Positions 38,601 to 54,100 of a stretch of DNA of 64,000 bases are shown here, one piece after another. The DNA is from Paragordius varius (lineage: Eukaryota > Animalia > Nematomorpha): NCBI GenBank assembly GCA_964247055.1, contig OZ176053.1, forward strand, positions 12,896,001 to 12,960,000, read 5' to 3'. A program made the position numbers and the translations under genes. Position 1 is the stretch's first letter. Each line of letters starts with the position of its first letter. The notes beneath the pieces were generated by a model. The model did no database searches. It saw only the letters and a list, made by a program, of their open reading frames with translations, and was not told the DNA's origin.

Positions 38601-41600
38601 GATATTAAAGAGTTTGTCAAACTATCTCTATATTTTGATGTAGTCTTACTAAGAGAATGTATAAAAAATAATTTTGTTCACCGGTGACCAATATCCGATT
38701 TTTAAGGACAAAGTTTAACTTGAGTATTGATACGACTAGTTTTATACATTAATTTTAAAAGTATGGTTGTAAAAATCGGATATGAAAGAGTTTGTCAAAC
38801 TATCTCTATATTTTGATGTAGTCCTACTAAGAGAATGTATAAAAAATTATTTTCTTTACCGGCGACTAATATCCGATTTTTAAGGACAAAGTTTAACTTG
38901 CTTATTGTCGTATGCTAAATATTACATTAATTTTTAAAGTATCGCTCTAAAAATCAGATATTAAAGAGTTTGTCAAACTATCTCTATATATTGATGTAGT
39001 CTTACTAAGAGAATGTATAAAAAATAATTTTGTTCACCGGTGACCAATATCCGATTTTTAAGGACAAAGTTTAACTTGAGTATTGATACGACTAGTTTTA
39101 TAAATTAATTTTTAAAGTATCGTTGTAAAAATCGGATATGAAAGAGTTTTTCTAACTATCTCTATATTTATGTAGTCATACTAAGAGAATGTATAAAAAA
39201 TTATTTTCTTTACCGGCGACTAATATCCGATTTTTAAGGACAAATTTAACTTGCTTATTGTCGTATGCTAAATATTACATTAATTTTTAAAGTATCGCTC
39301 TAAAAATCAGATATTAAAGAGTTTGTCAAACTATCTCTATATATTGATGTAGTCTTACTAAGAGAATGTATAAAAAAAAATTTTGTTCACCGGTGACCAA
39401 TATCCGATTTTTAAGGACAAAGTTTAACTTGAGTATTGATACGACTAGTTTTGTAAATTAATTTTTAAAGTATCGTTGTAAAAATCGGATATGAAAGAGT
39501 TTTTCTAACTATCTCTATATTTTGATGTAGTCATACTAAGAGAATGTATAAAAAATAATTTGTTCACCGGTGACCAATATCCGATTTATAAGGACAAAGT
39601 TTAACTTGAGTATTGATGCGATTAGTTTTATACATTAATTTTAAAAGTATCGTTGTAAAAATCGGATATGAAAGAGTTTGTCAAACTATCTCTATATTTT
39701 GATGTAGTCCTACTAAGAGAATGTATAAAAAACTTTTTTCTTTACCGGCGAGTAATATCTGATTTTTAAGAACAAAGTTTAACTTGCTTATTGTCGTATG
39801 CTAAATATTACAATAATTTTTAAAGTATCGCTCTAATAGATATTAAAGAGTTTGTCAAACTATCTCTATATTTTGATGTAGTCTTACCAAGAGAATGTAT
39901 AAAAAATAATTTTGTTCACCGGTGACCAATATCCGATTTTTAAGGACAAAGTTTAACTTGAGTATTGATACGACTAGTTTTATAAATTAATTTTTAAAGT
40001 ATCGTTGTAAAAATCGGATATGAAAGAGTTTTTCTAACTATCTCTATATTTTGATGTAGTCATACTAAGAGAATGTATAAAAAATAATTTGTTCACCGGT
40101 GACAATATCCGATTTTTAAGGACAAAGTTTAACTTGAGTAATGCGACTAGTTTTATACATTAATTTTTAAAGTATCTTTGTAAAAATCGGATATGAAAGA
40201 GTTTGTAAACTATTTCTATATTTTGATGTAGTCTTACTAAGAGAATGTAAAAAAAATAATTTTGTTAACCGGTGATCAATATCCGATTTTTAAGGACAAA
40301 GTTTAACTTGAGTATTGATGCGACTAGTTTTATACATTAATTTTTAAAGTATTGTTGTAAAAATCGGATATGAAAGAGTTTGTCACACTATCTCTATATT
40401 TTGATGAAGTAGTACTAAAAGAATGTATAAAAAATAATTTTGTTCACCGGTGACCAATATCCGATTTTTAAGGACAAAGTTTAACTTGAGTATTGATACG
40501 ACTAGTTTTATAAATTAATTTTTAAAGTATCGTTGTAAAAATCGGATATGAAAGAGTTTTTCTAACTATCTCTATATTATGATGTAGTCCTACTAAGAGA
40601 ATGTATATAAAATAATTTTGTTAACCGGTGATCAATATCCGATTTTTAAGGACAAAGTTTAACTTGAGTATTGATGCGACTAGTTTTATACATTAATTTT
40701 TAAAGTATTGTTGTAAAAATCGGATATGAAAGAGTTTGTCAAACTATCTCTATATTAATGTAGTCTTACTAAGAGAATGTATAAAAAATAATTTTTCTCA
40801 CCGGTGACCAATATCCGATTTTTAAGGACAAAGTTTAACTTGAGTATTGATACGACTAGTTTTATAAATTAATTTTTAAAGTATCGTTGTAAAAATCGGA
40901 TATGAAAGAGTTTTTCTAACTATCTCTATATTTTGATGTAGTCATACTAAGAGAATGTATAAAAAATAATTTGTTCACCGGTGACCAATATCCGATTTAT
41001 AAGGACAAAGTTTAACTTGAGTATTGATGCGATTAGTTTTATACAGTAATTTTAAAAGTATCGTTGTAAAAATCGGATATGAAAGAGTTTGTCAAACTAT
41101 CTCTATATTTTGATGTAGTCCTACTAAGAGAATGTATAAAAACTTTTTTCTTTACCGACGACTAATATCCGATTTTTAAGAACAAAGTTTAACTTGCTTA
41201 TTGTCGTATGCTAAATATTACATTTATTTTTAAAGTATCGCTCTAAAAATCAGATATTAAAGATTTTGTCAAACTATCTCTATATTTTGATGTAGTCTTA
41301 CTAAGAGAATGTATAAAAAATAATTTTGTTCACCCGTGACCAATATCCGATTTTTAAGGACAAAGTTTAACTTGAGTATTGATACGACTAGTTTTATAAA
41401 TTAATTTTTAAAGTATCGTTGTAAAAATCGGATATGAAAGAGTTTTTCTAACTATCTCTATATTTTGATGTAGTCATACTAAGAGAATGTATAAAAAATA
41501 ATTTGTTCACCGGTGACCAATATCCGATTTTTAAGGACAAAGTTTAACTTGAGTATTGATACGACTAGTTTTATAAATTAATTTTTAAAGTATCGTTGTA

Positions 41601-44600
41601 AAAATCGGATATGAAAGAGTTTTTCTAACTATCTCTATATTTATGTAGTCATACTAAAAGAATGTATAAAAAATTATTTTCTTTACCGGCGACTAATATC
41701 CGATTTTTAAGGACAAATTTAACTTACTTATTGTCGTATGCTAAATATTACATTAATTTTTAAAGTATCGCTCTAAAAATCAGATATTAAAGAGTTTGTC
41801 AAACTATCTCTATATATTGATGTAGTCTTACTAAGAGAATGTATAAAAAAAAATTTTGTTCACCGGTGACCAATATCCGATTTTTAAGGACAAAGTTTAA
41901 CTTGAGTATTGATACGACTAGTTTTGTAAATTAATTTTTAAAGTATCGTTGTAAAAATCGGATATGAAAGAGTTTTTCTAACTATCTCTATATTTTGATG
42001 TAGTCATACTAAGAGAATGTATAAAAAATAATTTGTTCACCGGTGACCAATATCCGATTTATAAGGACAAAGTTTAACTTGAGTATTGATGCGATTAGTT
42101 TTATACATTAATTTTAAAAGTATCGTTGTAAAAATCGGATATGAAAGAGTTTGTCAAACTATCTCTATATTTTGATGTAGTCCTACTAAGAGAATGTATA
42201 AAAAACTTTTTTCTTTACCGGCGAGTAATATCTGATTTTTAAGAACAAAGTTTAACTTGCTTATTGTCGTATGCTAAATATTACAATAATTTTTAAAGTA
42301 TCGCTCTAATAGATATTAAAGAGTTTGTCAAACTATCTCTATATTTTGATGTAGTCTTACTAAGAGAATGTATAAAAAATAATTTTGTTCACCGGTGACC
42401 AATATCCGATTTTTAAGGACAAAGTTTAACTTGAGTATTGATACGACTAGTTTTATAAATTAATTTTTAAAGTATCGTTGTAAAAATCGGATATGAAAGA
42501 GTTTTTCTAACTATCTCTATATTTTGATGTAGTCATACTAAGAGAATGTATAAAAAATAATTTGTTCACCGGTGACAATATCCGATTTTTAAGGACAAAG
42601 TTTAACTTGAGTAATGCGACTAGTTTTATACATTAATTTTTAAAGTATCTTTGTAAAAATCGGATATGAAAGAGTTTGTAAACTATTTCTATATTTTGAT
42701 GTAGTCTTACTAAGAGAATGTAAAAAAAATAATTTTGTTAACCGGTGATCAATATCCGATTTTTAAGGACAAAGTTTAACTTGAGTATTGATGCGACTAG
42801 TTTTATACATTAATTTTTAAAGTATTGTTGTAAAAATCGGATATGAAAGAGTTTGTCAAACTATCTCTATATTTTGATGAAGTAGTACTAAAAGAATGTA
42901 TAAAAATAATTTTGTTCACGGTGATCAATATCCGATTTTTAAGGACAAAGTTTAACTTGAGGATTGGTGCGACTAGTTTTATACATTAATTTTTAAAGTA
43001 TTGTTGTAAAAATCGGATATGAAAGAGTTTGTCAAACTATCTCTATATTATGATGTAGTGCTACTAAGAGAATGTATATAAAATCATTTTGTTAACCGGT
43101 GATCAATATCCGATTTTTAAGGACAAAGTTTAACTTGAGTATTGATGCGACTATTTTATACATTAATTTTTAAAGTATTGTTGTAAAAATCGGATATGAA
43201 AGAGTTTGTCAAACTATCTCTATATTAATGTAGTCTTACTAAGAGAATGTATAAAAAATAATTTTTCTCACCGGTGACCAATATCCGATTTTTAAGGACA
43301 AAGTTTAACTTGAGTATTGATACGACTAGTTTTATAAATTAATTTTTAAAGTATCGTTGTAAAAATCGGATATGAAAGAGTTTTTCTAACTATCTCTATA
43401 TTTTGATGTAGTCATACTAAGAGAATGTATAAAAAATAATTTGTTCACCGGTGACAATATCCGATTTTTAAGGACAAAGTTTAACTTGAGTAATGCGACT
43501 AGTTTTATACATTAATTTTTAAAGTATCGTTGTAAAAATCGGATATGAAAGAGTTTGTAAACTATTTCTATATTTTGATGTAGTCTTACTAAGAGAATGT
43601 AAAAAAAATAATTTTGTTAACCGGTGATCAATATCCGATTTTTAATGACAAAGTTTAACTTGAGTATTGATGCGACTAGTTTTATACATTAATTTTTAAA
43701 GTATTGTTGTAAAAATCAGATATGAAAGAGTTTGTCAAACTATCTCTATATTTTGATGTAGTAGTACTAAAAGAATGTATAAAAAATAATTTTGTTCACG
43801 GTGATCAATATCCGATTTTTAAGGACAAAGTTTAACTTGAGGATTGGTGCGACTAGTTTTATACATTAATTTATAAAGTATTGTTGTAAAAATCGGATAT
43901 GAAAGAGTTTGTCAAACCTCTATATTATGATGTAGTCCTACTAAGAGAATGTATATAAAATAATTTTGTTAACCGGTGATCAATATCCGATTTTTAAGGA
44001 CAAAGTTTAACTTGAGTATTGATGCGACTAATTTTATACATTAATTTTATAGTATTGTTGTAAAAATCGGATATGAAAGAGTTTGTCAAACTCTATATAT
44101 TAATGTAGTCTTACTAAGAGAATGTATAAAAAATAATTTTGTTCACCGGTGACCAATATCCGATTTTTAAGGACAAAGTTTAACTTGAGTATTGATACGA
44201 CTAGTTTTATAAATTAATTTTTAAAGTATCGTTGTAAAAATCGGATATGAAAGAGTTTTTCTAACTATCTCTATATTTTAATGTAGTCATACTAAGAGAA
44301 TGTATAAAAAATTATTTTCTTTACCGGCGACTAATATCCGATTTTTAAGGACAAAGTTTAACTTGCTTATTGTCGTATGCTAAATATTACATTAATTTTT
44401 AAAGTATCGCTTTAAAAATCAGATATTAAAGAGTTTGTCAAACTATCTCTATATATTGATGTAGTTAACTAAGAGAATGTATAAAAAATAATTTTGTTCA
44501 CCGGTGACCAATATCCGATTTTTAAGGACAAAGTTTAACTTGAGTATTGATACGACTAGTTTTATAAATTAATTTTTAAAGTATCGTTGTAAAAATCGGA

Positions 44601-47600
44601 TATGAAAGAGTTTTTCTAACTATCTCTATATTTTGATGTAGTCATACTAAGAGAATGTATAAAAAATAATTTGTTCACCGGTGACCAATATCCGATTTAT
44701 AAGGACAAAGTTTAACTTGAGTATTGATGCGATTAGTTTTATACATTAATTTTAAAAGTATCGTTGTAAAAATCGGATATGAAAGAGTTTGTCAAACTAT
44801 CTCTATATTTTGATGTAGTCCTACTAAGAGAATGTATAAAAACTTTTTTCTTTAACGGCGACTAATATCCGATTTTTAAGAACAAAGTTTAACTTGCTTA
44901 TTGTCGTATGCTAAATATTACATTAATTTTTAAAGTATCGCTCTAAAAATCAGATATTAAAGAGTTTGTCAAACTATCTCTATATTTTGATGTAGTCTTA
45001 CTAAGAGAATGTATAAAAAATAATTTTGTTCACCGGTGACCAATATCCGATTTTTAAGGACAAAGTTTAACTTGAGTATTGATACGACTAGTTTTATAAA
45101 TTAATTTTTAAAGTATCGTTGTAAAAATCGGATATGAAAGAGTTTGTAAACTATTTCTATATTTTGATGTAGTCTTACTAAGAGAATGTAAAAAAAATAA
45201 TTTTGTTAACCGGTGATTAATATCCGATTTTTAAGGACAAAGTTTAACTTGAGTATTGATGCGACTAGTTTTATACATTAATTTTTAAAGTATTGTTGTA
45301 AAAATCGGATATGAAAGAGTTTGTCAAACTATCTCTATATTTTGATGTAGTAGTACTAAAAGAATGTATAAAAATAATTTTGTTCACGGTGATCAATATC
45401 CGATTTTTAAGGACAAAGTTTAACTTGAGGATTGGTGCGACTAGTTTTATACATTAATTTTTAAAGTATTGTTGCAAAAATCGGATATGAAAGAGTTTGT
45501 CACACTATCTCTATATATTAATGTAGTCTTACTAAGAGAATGTATAAAAAATAATTTTGTTCACCGGTGACCAATATCCGATTTTTAAGGACAAAGTTTA
45601 ACTTGAGTATTGATACGACTAGTTTTATAAATTAATTTTTAAAGTATCGTTGTAAAAATCGGATATGAAAGAGTTTTTCTAACTATCTCTATATTATGAT
45701 GTAGTCCTACTAAGAGAATGTATATAAAATAATTTTGTTAACCGGTGATCAATATCCGATTTTTAAGGACAAAGTTTAACTTGAGTATTGATGCGACTAG
45801 TTTTATACATTAATTTTTAAAGTATTGTTGTAAAAATCGGATATGAAAGAGTTTGTCAAACTATCTCTATATATTAATGTAGTCTTACTAAGAGAATGTA
45901 TAAAAAATAATTTTGTTCACCGGTGACCAATATCCGATTTTTAAGGACAAAGTTTAACTTGAGTATTGATACGACTAGTTTTATAAATTAATTTTTAAAG
46001 TATCGTTGTAAAAATCGGATATGAAAGAGTTTTTCTAACTATCTCTATATTTTGATGTAGTCATACTAAGAGAATGTATAAAAAATAATTTGTTCACCGG
46101 TGACCAATATCCGATTTATAAGGACAAAGTTTAACTTGAGTATTGATGCGATTAGTTTTATACATTAATTTTAAAAGTATCGTTGTAAAAATCGGATATG
46201 AAAGAGTTTGTCAAACTATCTCTATATTTTGATGTAGTCCTACTAAGAGAATGTATAAAAAACTTTTTTCTTTACCGGCGAGTAATATCTGATTTTTAAG
46301 AAAAAAGTTTAACTTGCTTATTGTCGTATGCTAAATATTACAATAATTTTTAAAGTATCGCTCTAAAAATCAGATATTAAAGAGTTTGTCAAACTATCTC
46401 TATATTTTGATGTAGTCTTACTAAGAGAATGTATAAAAAATAATTTTGTTCACCGGTGACCAATATCCGATTTTTAAGGACAAAGTTTAACTTGAGTATT
46501 GATACGACTAGTTTTATACATTAATTTTAAAAGTATGGTTGTAAAAATCGGATATGAAAGAGTTTGTCAAACTATCTCTATATTTTGATGTAGTCCTACT
46601 AAGAGAATGTATAAAAAATTATTTTCTTTACCGGCGACTAATATCCGATTTTTAAGGACAAAGTTTAACTTGCTTATTGTCGTATGCTAAATATTACATT
46701 AATTTTTAAAGTATCGCTCTAAAAATCAGATATTAAAGAGTTTGTCAAACTATCTCTATATATTGATGTAGTCTTACTAAGAGAATGTATAAAAAATAAT
46801 TTTGTTCACCGGTGACCAATATCCGATTTTTAAGGACAAAGTTTAACTTGAGTATTGATACGACTAGTTTTATAAATTAATTTTTAAAGTATCGTTGTAA
46901 AAATCGGATATGAAAGAGTTTTTCTAACTATCTCTATATTTATGTAGTCATACTAAGAGAATGTATAAAAAATTATTTTCTTTACCGGCGACTAATATCC
47001 GATTTTTAAGGACAAATTTAACTTGCTTATTGTCGTATGCTAAATATTACATTAATTTTTAAAGTATCGCTCTAAAAATCAGATATTAAAGAGTTTGTCA
47101 AACTATCTCTATATATTGATGTAGTCTTACTAAGAGAATGTATAAAAAAAAATTTTGTTCACCGGTGACCAATATCCGATTTTTAAGGACAAAGTTTAAC
47201 TTGAGTATTGATACGACTAGTTTTGTAAATTAATTTTTAAAGTATCGTTGTAAAAATCGGATATGAAAGAGTTTTTCTAACTATCTCTATATTTTGATGT
47301 AGTCATACTAAGAGAATGTATAAAAAATAATTTGTTCACCGGTGACCAATATCCGATTTATAAGGACAAAGTTTAACTTGAGTATTGATGCGATTAGTTT
47401 TATACATTAATTTTAAAAGTATCGTTGTAAAAATCGGATATGAAAGAGTTTGTCAAACTATCTCTATATTTTGATGTAGTCCTACTAAGAGAATGTATAA
47501 AAAACTTTTTTCTTTACCGGCGAGTAATATCTGATTTTTAAGAACAAAGTTTAACTTGCTTATTGTCGTATGCTAAATATTACAATAATTTTTAAAGTAT

Positions 47601-50600
47601 CGCTCTAATAGATATTAAAGAGTTTGTCAAACTATCTCTATATTTTGATGTAGTCTTACCAAGAGAATGTATAAAAAATAATTTTGTTCACCGGTGACCA
47701 ATATCCGATTTTTAAGGACAAAGTTTAACTTGAGTATTGATACGACTAGTTTTATAAATTAATTTTTAAAGTATCGTTGTAAAAATCGGATATGAAAGAG
47801 TTTTTCTAACTATCTCTATATTTTGATGTAGTCATACTAAGAGAATGTATAAAAAATAATTTGTTCACCGGTGACAATATCCGATTTTTAAGGACAAAGT
47901 TTAACTTGAGTAATGCGACTAGTTTTATACATTAATTTTTAAAGTATCTTTGTAAAAATCGGATATGAAAGAGTTTGTAAACTATTTCTATATTTTGATG
48001 TAGTCTTACTAAGAGAATGTAAAAAAAATAATTTTGTTAACCGGTGATCAATATCCGATTTTTAAGGACAAAGTTTAACTTGAGTATTGATGCGACTAGT
48101 TTTATACATTAATTTTTAAAGTATTGTTGTAAAAATCGGATATGAAAGAGTTTGTCACACTATCTCTATATTTTGATGAAGTAGTACTAAAAGAATGTAT
48201 AAAAAATAATTTTGTTCACCGGTGACCAATATCCGATTTTTAAGGACAAAGTTTAACTTGAGTATTGATACGACTAGTTTTATAAATTAATTTTTAAAGT
48301 ATCGTTGTAAAAATCGGATATGAAAGAGTTTTTCTAACTATCTCTATATTATGATGTAGTCCTACTAAGAGAATGTATATAAAATAATTTTGTTAACCGG
48401 TGATCAATATCCGATTTTTAAGGACAAAGTTTAACTTGAGTATTGATGCGACTAGTTTTATACATTAATTTTTAAAGTATTGTTGTAAAAATCGGATATG
48501 AAAGAGTTTGTCAAACTATCTCTATATTAATGTAGTCTTACTAAGAGAATGTATAAAAAATAATTTTTCTCACCGGTGACCAATATCCGATTTTTAAGGA
48601 CAAAGTTTAACTTGAGTATTGATACGACTAGTTTTATAAATTAATTTTTAAAGTATCGTTGTAAAAATCGGATATGAAAGAGTTTTTCTAACTATCTCTA
48701 TATTTTGATGTAGTCATACTAAGAGAATGTATAAAAAATAATTTGTTCACCGGTGACCAATATCCGATTTATAAGGACAAAGTTTAACTTGAGTATTGAT
48801 GCGATTAGTTTTATACAGTAATTTTAAAAGTATCGTTGTAAAAATCGGATATGAAAGAGTTTGTCAAACTATCTCTATATTTTGATGTAGTCCTACTAAG
48901 AGAATGTATAAAAACTTTTTTCTTTACCGACGACTAATATCCGATTTTTAAGAACAAAGTTTAACTTGCTTATTGTCGTATGCTAAATATTACATTTATT
49001 TTTAAAGTATCGCTCTAAAAATCAGATATTAAAGATTTTGTCAAACTATCTCTATATTTTGATGTAGTCTTACTAAGAGAATGTATAAAAAATAATTTTG
49101 TTCACCCGTGACCAATATCCGATTTTTAAGGACAAAGTTTAACTTGAGTATTGATACGACTAGTTTTATAAATTAATTTTTAAAGTATCGTTGTAAAAAT
49201 CGGATATGAAAGAGTTTTTCTAACTATCTCTATATTTTGATGTAGTCATACTAAGAGAATGTATAAAAAATAATTTGTTCACCGGTGACCAATATCCGAT
49301 TTTTAAGGACAAAGTTTAACTTGAGTATTGATACGACTAGTTTTATAAATTAATTTTTAAAGTATCGTTGTAAAAATCGGATATGAAAGAGTTTTTCTAA
49401 CTATCTCTATATTTATGTAGTCATACTAAAAGAATGTATAAAAAATTATTTTCTTTACCGGCGACTAATATCCGATTTTTAAGGACAAATTTAACTTACT
49501 TATTGTCGTATGCTAAATATTACATTAATTTTTAAAGTATCGCTCTAAAAATCAGATATTAAAGAGTTTGTCAAACTATCTCTATATATTGATGTAGTCT
49601 TACTAAGAGAATGTATAAAAAAAAATTTTGTTCACCGGTGACCAATATCCGATTTTTAAGGACAAAGTTTAACTTGAGTATTGATACGACTAGTTTTGTA
49701 AATTAATTTTTAAAGTATCGTTGTAAAAATCGGATATGAAAGAGTTTTTCTAACTATCTCTATATTTTGATGTAGTCATACTAAGAGAATGTATAAAAAA
49801 TAATTTGTTCACCGGTGACCAATATCCGATTTATAAGGACAAAGTTTAACTTGAGTATTGATGCGATTAGTTTTATACATTAATTTTAAAAGTATCGTTG
49901 TAAAAATCGGATATGAAAGAGTTTGTCAAACTATCTCTATATTTTGATGTAGTCCTACTAAGAGAATGTATAAAAAACTTTTTTCTTTACCGGCGAGTAA
50001 TATCTGATTTTTAAGAACAAAGTTTAACTTGCTTATTGTCGTATGCTAAATATTACAATAATTTTTAAAGTATCGCTCTAATAGATATTAAAGAGTTTGT
50101 CAAACTATCTCTATATTTTGATGTAGTCTTACTAAGAGAATGTATAAAAAATAATTTTGTTCACCGGTGACCAATATCCGATTTTTAAGGACAAAGTTTA
50201 ACTTGAGTATTGATACGACTAGTTTTATAAATTAATTTTTAAAGTATCGTTGTAAAAATCGGATATGAAAGAGTTTTTCTAACTATCTCTATATTTTGAT
50301 GTAGTCATACTAAGAGAATGTATAAAAAATAATTTGTTCACCGGTGACAATATCCGATTTTTAAGGACAAAGTTTAACTTGAGTAATGCGACTAGTTTTA
50401 TACATTAATTTTTAAAGTATCTTTGTAAAAATCGGATATGAAAGAGTTTGTAAACTATTTCTATATTTTGATGTAGTCTTACTAAGAGAATGTAAAAAAA
50501 ATAATTTTGTTAACCGGTGATCAATATCCGATTTTTAAGGACAAAGTTTAACTTGAGTATTGATGCGACTAGTTTTATACATTAATTTTTAAAGTATTGT

Positions 50601-51170
50601 TGTAAAAATCGGATATGAAAGAGTTTGTCAAACTATCTCTATATTTTGATGAAGTAGTACTAAAAGAATGTATAAAAATAATTTTGTTCACGGTGATCAA
50701 TATCCGATTTTTAAGGACAAAGTTTAACTTGAGGATTGGTGCGACTAGTTTTATACATTAATTTTTAAAGTATTGTTGTAAAAATCGGATATGAAAGAGT
50801 TTGTCAAACTATCTCTATATTATGATGTAGTGCTACTAAGAGAATGTATATAAAATCATTTTGTTAACCGGTGATCAATATCCGATTTTTAAGGACAAAG
50901 TTTAACTTGAGTATTGATGCGACTATTTTATACATTAATTTTTAAAGTATTGTTGTAAAAATCGGATATGAAAGAGTTTGTCAAACTATCTCTATATTAA
51001 TGTAGTCTTACTAAGAGAATGTATAAAAAATAATTTTTCTCACCGGTGACCAATATCCGATTTTTAAGGACAAAGTTTAACTTGAGTATTGATACGACTA
51101 GTTTTATAAATTAATTTTTAAAGTATCGTTGTAAAAATCGGATATGAAAGAGTTTTTCTAACTATCTCTA
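35630..51170 (+). repeat. Tandem duplication of 44 monomers (7772 bp)
   Basis: Markers 35873/43645, 36693/44465, 37440/45212, 40381/48153 and 41331/49103 all have offset exactly 7772. Confidence 0.85.
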
Positions 51171-54100
51171 TATTTTAATGTAGTCATACTAAGAGAATGT
51201 ATAAAAAATTATTTTCTTTACCGGCGACTAATATCCGATTTTTAAGGACAAAGTTTAACTTGCTTATTGTCGTATGCTAAATATTACATTAATTTTTAAA
51301 GTATCGCTTTAAAAATCAGATATTAAAGAGTTTGTCAAACTATCTCTATATATTGATGTAGTTAACTAAGAGAATGTATAAAAAATAATTTTGTTCACCG
51401 GTGACCAATATCCGATTTTTAAGGACAAAGTTTAACTTGAGTATTGATACGACTAGTTTTATAAATTAATTTTTAAAGTATCGTTGTAAAAATCGGATAT
51501 GAAAGAGTTTTTCTAACTATCTCTATATTTTGATGTAGTCATACTAAGAGAATGTATAAAAAATAATTTGTTCACCGGTGACCAATATCCGATTTATAAG
51601 GACAAAGTTTAACTTGAGTATTGATGCGATTAGTTTTATACATTAATTTTAAAAGTATCGTTGTAAAAATCGGATATGAAAGAGTTTGTCAAACTATCTC
51701 TATATTTTGATGTAGTCCTACTAAGAGAATGTATAAAAACTTTTTTCTTTAACGGCGACTAATATCCGATTTTTAAGAACAAAGTTTAACTTGCTTATTG
51801 TCGTATGCTAAATATTACATTAATTTTTAAAGTATCGCTCTAAAAATCAGATATTAAAGAGTTTGTCAAACTATCTCTATATTTTGATGTAGTCTTACTA
51901 AAAGAATGTATAAAAAATAATTTTGTTCACCGGTGACCAATATCCGATTTTTAAGGACAAAGTTTAACTTGAGTATTGATACGACTAGTTTTATAAATTA
52001 ATTTTTAAAGTATCGTTGTAAAAATCGGATATGAAAGAGTTTTTCTAACTATCTCTATATTATGATGTAGTCCTACTAAGAGAATGTATATAAAATAATT
52101 TTGTTAACCGGTGATCAATATCCGATTTTTAAGGACAAAGTTTAACTTGAGTATTGATGCGACTAGTTTTATACATTAATTTTTAAAGTATTGTTGTAAA
52201 AATCGGATATGAAAGAGTTTGTCAAACTATCTCTATATTAATGTAGTCTTACTAAGAGAATGTATAAAAAATAATTTTTCTCACCGGTGACCAATATCCG
52301 ATTTTTAAGGACAAAGTTTAACTTGAGTATTGATACGACTAGTTTTATAAATTAATTTTTAAAGTATCGTTGTAAAAATCGGATATGAAAGAGTTTTTCT
52401 AACTATCTCTATATTTTGATGTAGTCATACTAAGAGAATGTATAAAAAATAATTTGTTCACCGGTGACCAATATCCGATTTATAAGGACAAAGTTTAACT
52501 TGAGTATTGATGCGATTAGTTTTATACAGTAATTTTAAAAGTATCGTTGTAAAAATCGGATATGAAAGAGTTTGTCAAACTATCTCTATATTTTGATGTA
52601 GTCCTACTAAGAGAATGTATAAAAACTTTTTTCTTTACCGACGACTAATATCCGATTTTTAAGAACAAAGTTTAACTTGCTTATTGTCGTATGCTAAATA
52701 TTACATTTATTTTTAAAGTATCGCTCTAAAAATCAGATATTAAAGATTTTGTCAAACTATCTCTATATTTTGATGTAGTCTTACTAAGAGAATGTATAAA
52801 AAATAATTTTGTTCACCCGTGACCAATATCCGATTTTTAAGGACAAAGTTTAACTTGAGTATTGATACGACTAGTTTTATAAATTAATTTTTAAAGTATC
52901 GTTGTAAAAATCGGATATGAAAGAGTTTTTCTAACTATCTCTATATTTTGATGTAGTCATACTAAGAGAATGTATAAAAAATAATTTGTTCACCGGTGAC
53001 CAATATCCGATTTTTAAGGACAAAGTTTAACTTGAGTATTGATACGACTAGTTTTATAAATTAATTTTTAAAGTATCGTTGTAAAAATCGGATATGAAAG
53101 AGTTTTTCTAACTATCTCTATATTTATGTAGTCATACTAAAAGAATGTATAAAAAATTATTTTCTTTACCGGCGACTAATATCCGATTTTTAAGGACAAA
53201 TTTAACTTACTTATTGTCGTATGCTAAATATTACATTAATTTTTAAAGTATCGCTCTAAAAATCAGATATTAAAGAGTTTGTCAAACTATCTCTATATAT
53301 TGATGTAGTCTTACTAAGAGAATGTATAAAAAAAAATTTTGTTCACCGGTGACCAATATCCGATTTTTAAGGACAAAGTTTAACTTGAGTATTGATACGA
53401 CTAGTTTTGTAAATTAATTTTTAAAGTATCGTTGTAAAAATCGGATATGAAAGAGTTTTTCTAACTATCTCTATATTTTGATGTAGTCATACTAAGAGAA
53501 TGTATAAAAAATAATTTGTTCACCGGTGACCAATATCCGATTTATAAGGACAAAGTTTAACTTGAGTATTGATGCGATTAGTTTTATACATTAATTTTAA
53601 AAGTATCGTTGTAAAAATCGGATATGAAAGAGTTTGTCAAACTATCTCTATATTTTGATGTAGTCCTACTAAGAGAATGTATAAAAAACTTTTTTCTTTA
53701 CCGGCGAGTAATATCTGATTTTTAAGAACAAAGTTTAACTTGCTTATTGTCGTATGCTAAATATTACAATAATTTTTAAAGTATCGCTCTAATAGATATT
53801 AAAGAGTTTGTCAAACTATCTCTATATTTTGATGTAGTCTTACTAAGAGAATGTATAAAAAATAATTTTGTTCACCGGTGACCAATATCCGATTTTTAAG
53901 GACAAAGTTTAACTTGAGTATTGATACGACTAGTTTTATAAATTAATTTTTAAAGTATCGTTGTAAAAATCGGATATGAAAGAGTTTTTCTAACTATCTC
54001 TATATTTTGATGTAGTCATACTAAGAGAATGTATAAAAAATAATTTGTTCACCGGTGACAATATCCGATTTTTAAGGACAAAGTTTAACTTGAGTAATGC

